From: a virus
DNA length: 64,000 nucleotides
IMG/VR virus record: IMGVR_UViG_3300025407_000799
Location: 33,799-97,798 of that record
Reading direction: 5' to 3' (one strand)
How positions within the stretch are numbered: the stretch's first letter is position 1; each line of letters begins with the position of its first letter. The position numbers and the translations under genes are program-made. Shown one piece after another: positions 40,281 to 50,247 of the stretch. The notes beneath the pieces are model-generated. The model was not told the origin of the DNA, did not search any database, and saw only the letters and a program-made list of their open reading frames with translations.

Positions 40281-41912
40281 TTAATTTCCTTTTAAGAATG
40301 TGTCCATTGATAGCGAATATGTTTTCCAAGCATCAGGCACCGGAATAGCTGTAGCAGCTTCTCTATCAGTAGCACTAGGTTTAAACATCGTAGCATCTAA
40401 ATTTTCATGATGTGGATAAGGTTCAGCTGTTGGAATACGAGCTAAAATACTAGTAATAGTAGTTCCATCAACATCTGTTGGATTATCTATTGTAGGCAAT
40501 GGGTCTGGAGCGGTTGCTGCAGATGCAGATCCTGCTGTTGCAGCTGCAGGGCCGTTAAAATTAATATTGCCGCCTGATATAGTAGTATTGGCGGCGGAAA
40601 TCGCCATATCGCCGCCTGATGTAAGTTTGTTTGCTCCGCTAGTATTAACATCTAAACCGCCACCAATAGTCATATTAGTTTGTCCGCCAGTAGTAACATC
40701 CCATGTTGCTCCAAAAGATTCTTTTACAGCACCTGAAATAGTTTCATCTTGTGTGCCATCTACTTGTATAGCAACATTACCGTTTACAATACAAATTTTA
40801 TTTTTACCAACTTCAGTTTGGTGTCTTTCGGCAACTTTAAGATTAAAATTACGACCTGCTTCCATGTTAATATCACGGTCAGCATAAAAGTTTAAATCAT
40901 TACCAGTATGTACACTAATGCTATCCTGAGCATAAATGTCTATCTTGCCATCGCTAGTTAATTCTATCCAACTAGTTCCACGACTATTACCAATATAAAT
41001 CAAATCTTCTGTGTTATGCAATAAAATTTGATGACCTGTTCGAGTTCGAATTCTAATTAATTCATTAGCCGGTAGTCCTACATCACCGTCAGTTTCACTT
41101 GCATCAATACTGGCATAATCTGGTGGTCCGTCTGTGGGCGCGGTTTTTCTTAACCAGTTTGCATCACCGTCATCCATGACAAAAGAACTTCCGCCAAGTC
41201 TACTAATAAATGTATCTGCTAACCACTCGGCTTTACCGCTTTTAACTTTTTTTCCTTTTTTATCCAACGGACCTGGAGTACTAATACCAAATACATTACT
41301 AGGACTTTCACGTCTAGCACTACTTGTTGTAATACCCCTAGTGTCATCTAACACTAAACCTTGATGTGTTAACATTTTAGTAAAAGGATGTTCTGGTTTA
41401 AAATTCTTATCAGGATCGCCTGGACTATTGTTGTCTTCTATTTTTTTATTATATTCTGCTGCAGGAACACGACCATTGCGACCTTGATTATCTGGATCTG
41501 GATTTTCAACTACACTTTCAGTGGCCGCAATCCCAGGAACCATAAAATTCATATTTTCATCTTGAACACAACCAATCCAATAACCGCGTTTAGGATCACC
41601 GTCAATAAAAATAACAACTACAGTAACACCAACATCAGGTGGCACCATCCACATACCATAACTTTTTTGTGTGTCAGCAAAGTCGTTGTTTTCACCGTTA
41701 GCTTGTACACTAGTGACTCCGTAAAACGGACTCATATATTTTACTTGATGTAACTGACTTTCACTAGATGATCCGCCAACTGGTTTTAGAATTTCAACTT
41801 CTAATATACCCATGTATGTTGGATCAAGATTGCTGACAACTCTGGCAAGGAACGGCCCAGGCTTTGGCGTTTTAGGGGATGCCGAGTACTCTTCGTATTC
41901 ATGTTCAGCCAT
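40281..41912 (-). CDS. baseplate central spike, gp5/VgrG-like (no lysozyme domain evident)
   Basis: OB-fold motif DP...G.L.V..., PPDVG..VVV.FI.GD...GYWIG; RTRTGHQILL; beta-helix repeats; C-terminal P.AEPY..HE. Confidence 0.8.
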   Translation of the reverse strand: MAEHEYEEYSASPKTPKPGPFLARVVSNLDPTYMGILEVEILKPVGGSSSESQLHQVKYMSPFYGVTSVQANGENNDFADTQKSYGMWMVPPDVGVTVVVIFIDGDPKRGYWIGCVQDENMNFMVPGIAATESVVENPDPDNQGRNGRVPAAEYNKKIEDNNSPGDPDKNFKPEHPFTKMLTHQGLVLDDTRGITTSSARRESPSNVFGISTPGPLDKKGKKVKSGKAEWLADTFISRLGGSSFVMDDGDANWLRKTAPTDGPPDYASIDASETDGDVGLPANELIRIRTRTGHQILLHNTEDLIYIGNSRGTSWIELTSDGKIDIYAQDSISVHTGNDLNFYADRDINMEAGRNFNLKVAERHQTEVGKNKICIVNGNVAIQVDGTQDETISGAVKESFGATWDVTTGGQTNMTIGGGLDVNTSGANKLTSGGDMAISAANTTISGGNINFNGPAAATAGSASAATAPDPLPTIDNPTDVDGTTITSILARIPTAEPYPHHENLDATMFKPSATDREAATAIPVPDAWKTYSLSMDTFLKGN

Positions 41913-41914
41913 TT

Positions 41915-44173
41915 TTAATCTCCGGTGGCATCTTTAGGTGCCGGATCTTTCTTCTCGTTAGAAGTGTTTAGTGTGGCCGATGAACTACCTGCTCCGTCAA
42001 TTTCTTGACCGTTTCTTCTAGGACCGCTTAATACCTGAGTAAACTGTCCGTTATCAAAATAACTTACAACTTTAATAACTTGATAGATACCACTCCAAGT
42101 TAGTACAGGAGCACTCTTAGTACTTTTACCAAAATCATACAAGCCTGTAGATTGATTAATATCAACAGGCGTTCTGAAATTTACCTTAACATCTACTTCA
42201 CTACCTTGATAATTTACACTACCGTCTTTGTTTAAATTTTGATACTGTGTAGGAGAGCTTGTATAATTACCCATGCCGCTTTGCGCAATCCAATATGGAT
42301 CTCCAATTATTTTTAAATCTAATTGTAGCATACCGGCTGCACTAGTAATAGCATCATGGAATTGTTTTGCAGCTCGTGTACCTTCATCTTCTATACCACC
42401 ACCGCCTGTGCCGTCACCAGCAAATGATGTGCTTGATCGATTAACAGCTTGTGGTATTACTCCTAATTTTCTTTCAGGTTTTTTACCACCATCTAATGAC
42501 TTTAAATTATTTTGATCATTACTGTCTGCACCGCTAGCTTCTGTTTGTTGTTTATTATCAATAGTACGCTTAATACTAGTAGCACCCATTTTGCCAGCAA
42601 AGCCTGTTTTGAATTCAATTCTAAAATTCAATACATCCACATTTTTTCCGGTATACAAATAATCATATACTTTGACACATTGTTTTTCTAATTCAGCAAA
42701 TCCTGGAGCTTTTGAGTTTGGTGCTGTAGTTTTACTAGTGTGTACCCCATACGGAACAATTCGATAAACAATCACTCGAGGCTTTGTTCCTGAGCTTTGT
42801 AAATTTCTATCGTCGGTGATTGTATAAACTTGAGTATCAACACGCCACCATTTACGCATACCTGCTTTATCAATATTTTGTTCTTGTAATTGTGTTGTAG
42901 AATAATCACTGTTAAGCAATACCGCATCAATAGCTACTGTTATATCAGTATCTTGGCTGAAACGCAAATCGCTAGTTTGTGGATTAACAGTATTGTTACT
43001 ACGAATTACATCTCCGTTGACTACAACTTTACTATCTTTGCCTACTGGAGGGTCACCTTTACGTGTATCACTAAAACCCATTTTAGCTTTACCAATAAGA
43101 TTTACATTTGCTGGATCTTGTACTAGAGTATTATTTGCTGGTATAGTACTTTTTACTAATTTTAATTGTTTTGCGATTGCATCAACACTAGTTGCGGTAC
43201 CTGTAGTTACAGCACCTGTGGAATCTTCTGTATCACCTTTGGCATTATCTACGCCAGCACTACTAACATCAGTTGGAAATAATATTAATATTTGATCTGC
43301 AACTTCAACTTCTTTATCAGTTACCAGTTGTTGCAAACGTTTATTCAACATCACTTGTAAACTTTTTTCGCCAGTTTGCAAAACTTCCTGAACAGTTACT
43401 CCTTTAACACTTGCATCTGTTTTAATACCAGAAACGTGACTACTAAGTGCTTGTTTATTCCAAGGATATGCTGTGCAATGATATACTGATCCTGCATCAG
43501 TAACAGTCATAGAAATATCTTTAAATCTAAAAGGAATTCTACGGGATGTTCCTGCAATATTATCCAATCGACCTGTTTCAGTATTTCCTCTAAAATCTAT
43601 AGTTAATAAAAATGGTGCTTGTGTATAATTGTCATGACCCGAATCCCAAGCTGCTTGTTGCAAACTCATCATAAACGTACCCATACTATATGGTTCTGTT
43701 ATATTAAAGTTCATGTCCATCATATTGGTATTATTACCTTTTTCCAAACCGATGGTACTATTAATTTCAAGTTTATCTACAAAATAATCAAACTGTCCAA
43801 ATGGTGTTTTTACTCTGTTGGTAGGATCTGCGTTGGCACTTTTGCAAATTAATTCTAACTTAACGCCACTCATATATCCTTTGTCTGGATTGTTTAACTG
43901 GTCATCTGTAAGGACAGCTATTCCCAATACATAGTCATAACTAGCATAGGCAAACAACGGATTTTTTATAGGAAGACTAACACCCGATAGTGGAGAAAAT
44001 AATGTTCCAAGACTACTTAATGCTCCGCTAACAGCATTTCCAATTGACGATAACGCACTGGCAGGTCCCGAACTTAAAAAGTTTGTTACACCTCCAACAG
44101 CACTACTAACAGCATTGCCTACAGACGTTGTTGCTGAATCAACTGCTCCTGAAATATCATCTAATACTGACAT
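41915..44173 (-). CDS. baseplate hub protein (gp27/VgrG N-terminal-like)
   Basis: Lies between gp53-like and gp5-like genes; L.IIGDPYW and SGIYQV.KV.S.F..GQFTQ.L C-terminal motifs. Confidence 0.6.
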   Translation of the reverse strand: MSVLDDISGAVDSATTSVGNAVSSAVGGVTNFLSSGPASALSSIGNAVSGALSSLGTLFSPLSGVSLPIKNPLFAYASYDYVLGIAVLTDDQLNNPDKGYMSGVKLELICKSANADPTNRVKTPFGQFDYFVDKLEINSTIGLEKGNNTNMMDMNFNITEPYSMGTFMMSLQQAAWDSGHDNYTQAPFLLTIDFRGNTETGRLDNIAGTSRRIPFRFKDISMTVTDAGSVYHCTAYPWNKQALSSHVSGIKTDASVKGVTVQEVLQTGEKSLQVMLNKRLQQLVTDKEVEVADQILILFPTDVSSAGVDNAKGDTEDSTGAVTTGTATSVDAIAKQLKLVKSTIPANNTLVQDPANVNLIGKAKMGFSDTRKGDPPVGKDSKVVVNGDVIRSNNTVNPQTSDLRFSQDTDITVAIDAVLLNSDYSTTQLQEQNIDKAGMRKWWRVDTQVYTITDDRNLQSSGTKPRVIVYRIVPYGVHTSKTTAPNSKAPGFAELEKQCVKVYDYLYTGKNVDVLNFRIEFKTGFAGKMGATSIKRTIDNKQQTEASGADSNDQNNLKSLDGGKKPERKLGVIPQAVNRSSTSFAGDGTGGGGIEDEGTRAAKQFHDAITSAAGMLQLDLKIIGDPYWIAQSGMGNYTSSPTQYQNLNKDGSVNYQGSEVDVKVNFRTPVDINQSTGLYDFGKSTKSAPVLTWSGIYQVIKVVSYFDNGQFTQVLSGPRRNGQEIDGAGSSSATLNTSNEKKDPAPKDATGD

Positions 44174-44174
44174 A

Positions 44175-44477
44175 TTATAAACCTAATGCTGTAGTTAGAC
44201 TACTATTTTTACAAATATAAATTTGAGTTCCTGGAGAGAAATCTAAAATAGGATCTTGAAGAACATCAAGATTGCGTTGCATGAACACCCACCATAGCTG
44301 TGTTGTTCCATACAAGTCATACGACAATAAATCTGGACGGTAAGCATACTGTGGTTCTATTGTATAAAGAAAATCATCCACTTCTGCACTTACAGGTCGT
44401 ATAGATAAAATATCCAAATAATTATTTTTAACTGGAGTAGTATACCAAGGACTTGTGTTAGAATATTGTGCTGACAT
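44175..44477 (-). CDS. LysM-like baseplate wedge protein, T4 gp53-like
   Basis: YRPDLLSYDLYG...LWWVF..RN...DPI.DF..G..IYI. Confidence 0.8.
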   Translation of the reverse strand: MSAQYSNTSPWYTTPVKNNYLDILSIRPVSAEVDDFLYTIEPQYAYRPDLLSYDLYGTTQLWWVFMQRNLDVLQDPILDFSPGTQIYICKNSSLTTALGL

Positions 44478-45490
44478 TATACATATCCAAATGAATTATT
44501 AAGGTACCCGCCGCCAACAAACCTATCAAGGCTAAAATTACGAGCACTATTTCTGCTGTAAATTGGTTGTAAAGTTATACTAAATGAGCTCTTAGTTGGC
44601 ACATGAGCTACTCCGCCGCTAGTAGTTCCGCCAAGGCCAAGACTTCCGGCTAGCGCAGCAACTTGTCCTACACCACCAGCTATGCTACTTATACCGCCTG
44701 CAATGTCGCCAAGTCCAGGAATGGCTCCGCCTAATGATCCTCCAATGCTACTAGCTAGTCCGCCAACAGCATCGCTAACACCCTGTATGTCACCTGCCAT
44801 ACTACCGACAACATTACATCCAATATAGTCACAGTTAGCATCTAAACTTGTACTAAAACTTTGTACTACAACAGGTACATTTTTAAAAATATAATTTCCG
44901 TAACCATTTAACATAACAATTGGAGGAGGATTGCCGGCCTTTGGATCAGATCCAGCGAACATTTTGGTAAGGCTACGTAAATAATGAACCGCCGCAATCC
45001 AATATAAAGCCTGAGTTGAATCTTCAACATTCATAGGCGCTGTAATTGATATCTGTCCTGGATCACTATTTTTAAAAGTTCTAAAAGAATAGTTGGTATG
45101 TGTCGTATCAATACTATTATATGATGCTGTGCTGGCAATATTAATTGTTGGAGTGTATGGAAATATGAGACCACCTGCATCTTTTAACGGTTTAAGTACA
45201 GGACTTCCTTTGAAGCTAGTCCAATTGACTAAACTTAAACGTACACGCCAATCTGCGGGATCAGCATCCCCGCCAAAACTAGCTACCGCACTTACTAAAT
45301 CCCCTACAGCTTCCCCTGCTTCTGGCAAGTTAATGGATCTCAATGCGCTACCAAAGCCACCTGGGTCACCATTATATGCTGTAGATACAGCACTGGCTAA
45401 TCTACTGGCTGTGTTTACGCCAGACGACACTGCACCTATTAGGTTCTGTGAACTGGTAGCTGTTTGTATGAAACTATCGCCGAATGACAT
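44477..45490 (-). CDS. tail tube initiator/baseplate-tube junction protein (gp48/gp54-like)
   Basis: FPYTP.I, G.PPP.V.L.GYG.Y.F..VPVVV.SF motif; first gene of the baseplate operon. Confidence 0.65.
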   Translation of the reverse strand: MSFGDSFIQTATSSQNLIGAVSSGVNTASRLASAVSTAYNGDPGGFGSALRSINLPEAGEAVGDLVSAVASFGGDADPADWRVRLSLVNWTSFKGSPVLKPLKDAGGLIFPYTPTINIASTASYNSIDTTHTNYSFRTFKNSDPGQISITAPMNVEDSTQALYWIAAVHYLRSLTKMFAGSDPKAGNPPPIVMLNGYGNYIFKNVPVVVQSFSTSLDANCDYIGCNVVGSMAGDIQGVSDAVGGLASSIGGSLGGAIPGLGDIAGGISSIAGGVGQVAALAGSLGLGGTTSGGVAHVPTKSSFSITLQPIYSRNSARNFSLDRFVGGGYLNNSFGYV

Positions 45491-45513
45491 AATAAAATCC
45501 TCTTTTGGTATAT

Positions 45514-45545
45514 TATTTATTTGACTTTATTAAGTGCGTAGTTTA
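45514..45545 (-). promoter_or_regulatory. late promoter ATAAATA with upstream TAAACTAC element (baseplate operon)
   Basis: Minus strand TAAACTAC (45545-45538), 17 nt, ATAAATA (45520-45514); GAGGA SD downstream. Confidence 0.6.
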
Positions 45546-45549
45546 TAAT
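45521..45549 (+). promoter_or_regulatory. sigma70-type promoter for the late sigma/recombination operon
   Basis: TTGACT (45521-45526), 17 nt, TATAAT (45544-45549). Confidence 0.8.
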
Positions 45550-45574
45550 GTTACTATTATAGGACTGAGAACGG

Positions 45575-46414
45575 ATGACTTTACCAACACAAACTAAAGT
45601 AAATTACCTAAACAACAAGGATATGTTGTTAGAAATACATAGAAGTAAAAGCTCGTATTGCAGTTTTACACAACCAGAATATCATCAATATGACATGATT
45701 GTTGCTAGTTTGGATAAGATCAATATAAGAAGCATAGCAGAAGCCAAACGTAATCGAGCTAAGAGAATTGGAGATGCAGAATACCAACGGCGCAAAGCTG
45801 CTGGTGAAAAAGTCAAACAAGCAGATTGTGAAGTTGACTATAAAAAGATTCAAAAAACAGATGTAGTATTCAGGGTCATGACATTCGATCATATTCCATT
45901 GAACAATACTCGTAAAAAGAATCCTAAGAGTCTAGCAGACCATAGGGACAAGGTCAATTTCCCGCCATTCCAACATTGGAAATTTGATGAAAACGATGAG
46001 CTTGTTTGTGTTGGAAAAAGTCATTGGAAAGGTGATTTGGTTAAGGGCAAGTTCGACAAAGATGCTGGTCAAATTACTAACACTTTAGCTAGGATGATGT
46101 TAAAATTGTGCGAACGTTATGCAACCCGTGGCAATGTTCGCGGTTACACATACAATGACGAAATGAAAGGACAGGCCATTTTGCAGTTAACACAGATTGG
46201 ATTACAATTTGACGAAAGCAAATCCGACAATCCGTTTGCTTATTTTACTGCGGCTGTTACTAACAGTTTTGTTCGTGTTATCAATATTGAAAAACGCAAT
46301 CAAAATATTCGTGATGATATTTTAGAAATCAACGGCATGAATCCTAGCTACAGTCGTACTGGTGCTGGAGAACATGCGGCCGCTGTTAAACGATTTGATG
46401 AGAATCAAGAATGA
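45575..46414 (+). CDS. late-transcription sigma factor, T4 gp55-like, longer than gp55
   Basis: NYLNNKD.L, N.RGYTY.DEM...A, FD..KS.NPFAYFT....NSF.R.I..EK; lies upstream of gp47/gp46 as in T4-like phages. Confidence 0.85.
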   Translation: MTLPTQTKVNYLNNKDMLLEIHRSKSSYCSFTQPEYHQYDMIVASLDKINIRSIAEAKRNRAKRIGDAEYQRRKAAGEKVKQADCEVDYKKIQKTDVVFRVMTFDHIPLNNTRKKNPKSLADHRDKVNFPPFQHWKFDENDELVCVGKSHWKGDLVKGKFDKDAGQITNTLARMMLKLCERYATRGNVRGYTYNDEMKGQAILQLTQIGLQFDESKSDNPFAYFTAAVTNSFVRVINIEKRNQNIRDDILEINGMNPSYSRTGAGEHAAAVKRFDENQE

Positions 46415-46421
46415 TTTAACC

Positions 46422-46453
46422 CTAAAGTGTATAAATAAAACTATACACTTTGG
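46422..46453 (+). promoter_or_regulatory. late promoter TATAAATA embedded in an RBS-sequestering hairpin
   Basis: CTAAAGTGTATA (46422-33) pairs with TATACACTTTGG (46442-53); TATAAATA at 46430-37. Confidence 0.75.
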
Positions 46454-46461
46454 ATTAAAAT

Positions 46462-47223
46462 ATGTTTATCTATAAAATTATCGTTAATAATAATGTTTAT
46501 ATAGGACTTGATACTAAACCGTCCTATAAGTTATCACGATGGAAAAAGCATTGCGATGAGGCAACTACAAGATGTAAAACAAAATTACATAAGGCTATGA
46601 ATATGTATGGCATAAAGAATTGTGTAGTTGAAATATTAAAAGATAACTTTAAGTCTATTGGAGAACTTGCGTTATCGGAAATTGATTACATTAAGCAATA
46701 CGATTCTTATAAAAACGGACTTAACTCTACTCCAGGTGGAGACGGTTTAGGAAAATACGATTTAACTTTATTATCGCTTGCAGATATAAACAAAATCAAA
46801 TCTGCATTAGGTGAGCATTTTAGTAATTATAATAAAAATATCAAATGGGCAGGAACTACTGAAGTTGATAGAAAATTATTAACTAAACATTTACATACTG
46901 ACGAAATTTATCAAAAGAAATCGGATACCCTTAAGAAATTTTACAAAGCAAATCCAGATATTGCCAAAACAAAAGCAGTAGGGATTAGAAAATGGCAGTT
47001 GGAAAATCCAGAAGAAATGAAGAAACGCAATCAGATTAATTCGATTAAAGGTGCCGCGGCTGTTTCGAAGAAACTAAAGGTTGAACTGGAAGACGGTAAT
47101 GTGTTATACTATTCAAGTAAAAGTGAATTCCATAGATTAACAAATCAATGGGCAAACACCATTATTAAAAAAACACAAGAAGGTGTTTTCTACAATGGTT
47201 ATAAAATATGGGAAGAAAAATGA
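46462..47223 (+). mobile_element. free-standing Seg-like GIY-YIG homing endonuclease gene
   Basis: FIYKI....VYIG, R...H, catalytic E, NGLN.T.GG; basic C-terminal DNA-binding region; inserted between the gp55-like and gp47-like genes. Confidence 0.8.
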
Positions 47224-47462
47224 ACAACTACGATATGTCTATTCACACAAACCCTGATGCAAGAGCCTGGGCTAAATTCTTTGCTGAAAAGTATACAGTA
47301 TGGTCGGAAGATGGTGTAGAGTCTGATAGTGAGGCTTTAATGACTGCGTGGTTTGCCAATGCTATGATGGCGATGCACGATCATTTAGTGTTGAAAGGTA
47401 ATCCAATCAATGGAGATCATGCCCAATATCTTATAGATACCGAAAACGGAGTTAAAGAATAA
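47220..47462 (+). CDS. hypothetical protein
   Basis: ATG at 47220 overlaps the endonuclease TGA; 80 aa. Confidence 0.7.
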   Translation: MNNYDMSIHTNPDARAWAKFFAEKYTVWSEDGVESDSEALMTAWFANAMMAMHDHLVLKGNPINGDHAQYLIDTENGVKE

Positions 47463-48475
47463 TGGCAAACTTATTTAAAAAAGTTGCGTGTATGACCGAT
47501 ATTCATTTCGGTCTCAAGAGCAATTCATCAGTACACAATCAGGACTGTGAAGACTTTGTAGATTGGTATATTGCCAAAGCAAAGGAGGAAGGTTGTGATA
47601 CAGGTATCTTTATGGGCGATTGGCATCATAATCGCAATAGCCTTAATATTACTACAATGGATTATAGCCTTAGGGCCTTGGAGAAGTTGGGACAAGCGTT
47701 TGATCAGTTCTACTTCTTTCCTGGTAATCATGATCTGTACTATAAAGACAAACGAGACATACACTCTGTGGAGTTTGGAAAGTATATACCTGGTATCACT
47801 GTGGTACATGAGCCTACTACTATTGGAGATGTCACGCTGTGTCCATGGTTGGTGGGCGAAGAATGGAAGTCGGTAGGTAAGAAAGGCGGGAAATATATAT
47901 TTGGACATTTTGAATTACCTAACTTTTTCATGAACGCTATGATACAAATGCCAGATCATGGAGAGATTCAACTAGATAGTTTCAAACAATATGAACTAGG
48001 TTTTAGTGGACACTTTCATAAGCGTCAGCAACAAAAGAACATGATTTACATCGGCAATGCTTTCCCACACAATTATGCAGATACATGGGACGATGATCGC
48101 GGCATGATGGTTATGGAATGGGGAGGGCAACCTGAATATTTTAGTTGGCCAGATCAGCCTACTTTTAGAACAGTAACACTAAGCCGTCTAATCGACGAAG
48201 CAGACACTATTATCAAATCTAAGCAACATTTACGTGTTACGCTAGACATTGATATTACATACGAAGAAGCAAGTTTTATTAAAGAAAAGTTCATGGCAGA
48301 TTATGACATCCGCGAACTTACTCTTATTGCAGAAAAGAAAGATGTTGAAATTAATACCAATATCGATGTACAAGCATTTGAATCAGTAGATCAAATCGTT
48401 AGCAATCAAATTGTTAGTATTGATAGCGATACCTACGACAAAAATATTCTACTGAGCATTTATAACAGCCTATGA
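47462..48475 (+). CDS. recombination nuclease, T4 gp47/Mre11/SbcD-like
   Basis: Metallophosphoesterase motifs DIHFG, GDWHH, GNHD, GHF, SGHFH. Confidence 0.92.
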   Translation: MANLFKKVACMTDIHFGLKSNSSVHNQDCEDFVDWYIAKAKEEGCDTGIFMGDWHHNRNSLNITTMDYSLRALEKLGQAFDQFYFFPGNHDLYYKDKRDIHSVEFGKYIPGITVVHEPTTIGDVTLCPWLVGEEWKSVGKKGGKYIFGHFELPNFFMNAMIQMPDHGEIQLDSFKQYELGFSGHFHKRQQQKNMIYIGNAFPHNYADTWDDDRGMMVMEWGGQPEYFSWPDQPTFRTVTLSRLIDEADTIIKSKQHLRVTLDIDITYEEASFIKEKFMADYDIRELTLIAEKKDVEINTNIDVQAFESVDQIVSNQIVSIDSDTYDKNILLSIYNSL

Positions 48476-50247
48476 AAATAAAAGAATTAACCGTTAAAAA
48501 CTTTATGAGCGTGGGTAATCAAACCCAAGCTGTAAACTTCGGAAAGGAAAACTTAACACTTGTGCTAGGTGAAAACTTAGACCAAGGCGGTGATGATAAC
48601 GGCAGTCGTAATGGTACAGGTAAAACTACCATTGTAAACGCTCTTAGTTTTGCTTTATTTGGTAACGCACTTACTAACATTAAAAAAGACAATCTTATTA
48701 ACAAAATTAACAACAAAAATATGTTAGTGACTTTGACGTTTGAAAAAGACGGAACAGATTATCGAATTGAACGTGGACGTAAACCCAGTGTTATGAAGTT
48801 CTTTGTTAACGACCAAGAACAAGAAGGCGAAGAATCCGATGATAGCCAAGGCGATCAACGTGAAACACAAAAAGACATCGATGAACTTTTTGGCATGAGC
48901 CACGACATGTTCAAGCATATTGTTGCGTTAAACACTTATACAGAACCGTTTTTATCAATGCGGGCCAATGACCAACGTGTTATTATTGAACAGTTGTTGG
49001 GTATTACTATTCTTAGCGAAAAAGCAGAAACGCTTAAAGAGCTAGTTAAGCAAACTAAGGATGCTATTACACAAGAGTCTGCAAATATCGAAGCTGCCAA
49101 GAAATCTAATGATAAAATACAAATTAGTATTGATAGTTTGTTAACTAGACAAACAGCTTGGAATACGCAACATGCTAACGAACTTGAAAAGATAGGACGT
49201 AGCATAGTAGAGTTGGAAAGTGTAGATATTGAAGCTGAGCTTGCGAAGCACAGCGAGCTCAAAGAGTTCGATGAAAAAACAGCGAAGCTGCGAAGTTTAA
49301 ATAAGGAACGTGCTACGTTAGATAGCGCGATAGCGCAAGCGGAGCGAAGCGTTACGAAGTATGAACGCGAACTCGCCTTATTGGCAAGTAAGACCTGTCA
49401 CGCTTGTGAACAACAGCTACATGATCATAAGCATGAAGAAATGACAGCTCTAGCTCAGAAGCATCTGGACGAGGCGGTCATTTACTTTACTAAAGTATCA
49501 AAGGACCTGGAAAAAATTACAGCAGAAATTACTTCTATTGGTGAGGTTCCAGCCAAGCCTATTACCTACTACGACAGTTATGAGCAGGCGCTTAAACATC
49601 AGAACAACTTGAAGACTCTTGAAAATCAACTGATACAAAAAAGCAATGACACAGATCCTTATCAGGAACAGATTGACGAACTCACTGACACTGCCATGCA
49701 GGAAATCACCTGGGACAATGTTAATACTTTAACCAGCTTAAAGGATCATCAAGAGTTCTTATTAAAATTGTTGACTAGCAAGGATTCCTTTATCCGTAAA
49801 AAGATTATAGATCAAAACCTAGCATATTTGAACAATCGTCTAACTTATTATCTTGATAAGATGGGATTGCCTCATACTGTGTTATTCCAAAATGACTTAA
49901 CCGTTGAGATCACCCAGCTAGGGCAAGATTTAGATTTTGATAATCTAAGTCGAGGTGAGCGGAATAGACTTATCCTTGGTTTGTCATGGTCGTTTAGAGA
50001 TGTTTGGGAAAGTTTATATCAACCTATCAACTTGTTGTTTGTTGACGAGCTTATTGACAACGGGCTTGATGCTGCAGGTGTTGAAGGCGCATTGGCTGTA
50101 CTAAAGAAAATGGGTCGTGAACGCAAGAAGAATATTTTCTTAATTAGTCACAAGGACGAACTAATCGGCCGTGTTAACAATGTGTTAAAAGTTATCAAAG
50201 AAAACGGCTATACTAGCTATGCTAACGATTTAGAAATTAATGAGTAA
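48472..50247 (+). CDS. recombination ATPase, T4 gp46/Rad50/SbcC-like
   Basis: KNFMS.GN, Walker A NGTGKTT, zinc-hook CHAC in the coiled coil, signature LSRGE, Walker B LFVDE, ISH. Confidence 0.93.
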   Translation: MKIKELTVKNFMSVGNQTQAVNFGKENLTLVLGENLDQGGDDNGSRNGTGKTTIVNALSFALFGNALTNIKKDNLINKINNKNMLVTLTFEKDGTDYRIERGRKPSVMKFFVNDQEQEGEESDDSQGDQRETQKDIDELFGMSHDMFKHIVALNTYTEPFLSMRANDQRVIIEQLLGITILSEKAETLKELVKQTKDAITQESANIEAAKKSNDKIQISIDSLLTRQTAWNTQHANELEKIGRSIVELESVDIEAELAKHSELKEFDEKTAKLRSLNKERATLDSAIAQAERSVTKYERELALLASKTCHACEQQLHDHKHEEMTALAQKHLDEAVIYFTKVSKDLEKITAEITSIGEVPAKPITYYDSYEQALKHQNNLKTLENQLIQKSNDTDPYQEQIDELTDTAMQEITWDNVNTLTSLKDHQEFLLKLLTSKDSFIRKKIIDQNLAYLNNRLTYYLDKMGLPHTVLFQNDLTVEITQLGQDLDFDNLSRGERNRLILGLSWSFRDVWESLYQPINLLFVDELIDNGLDAAGVEGALAVLKKMGRERKKNIFLISHKDELIGRVNNVLKVIKENGYTSYANDLEINE

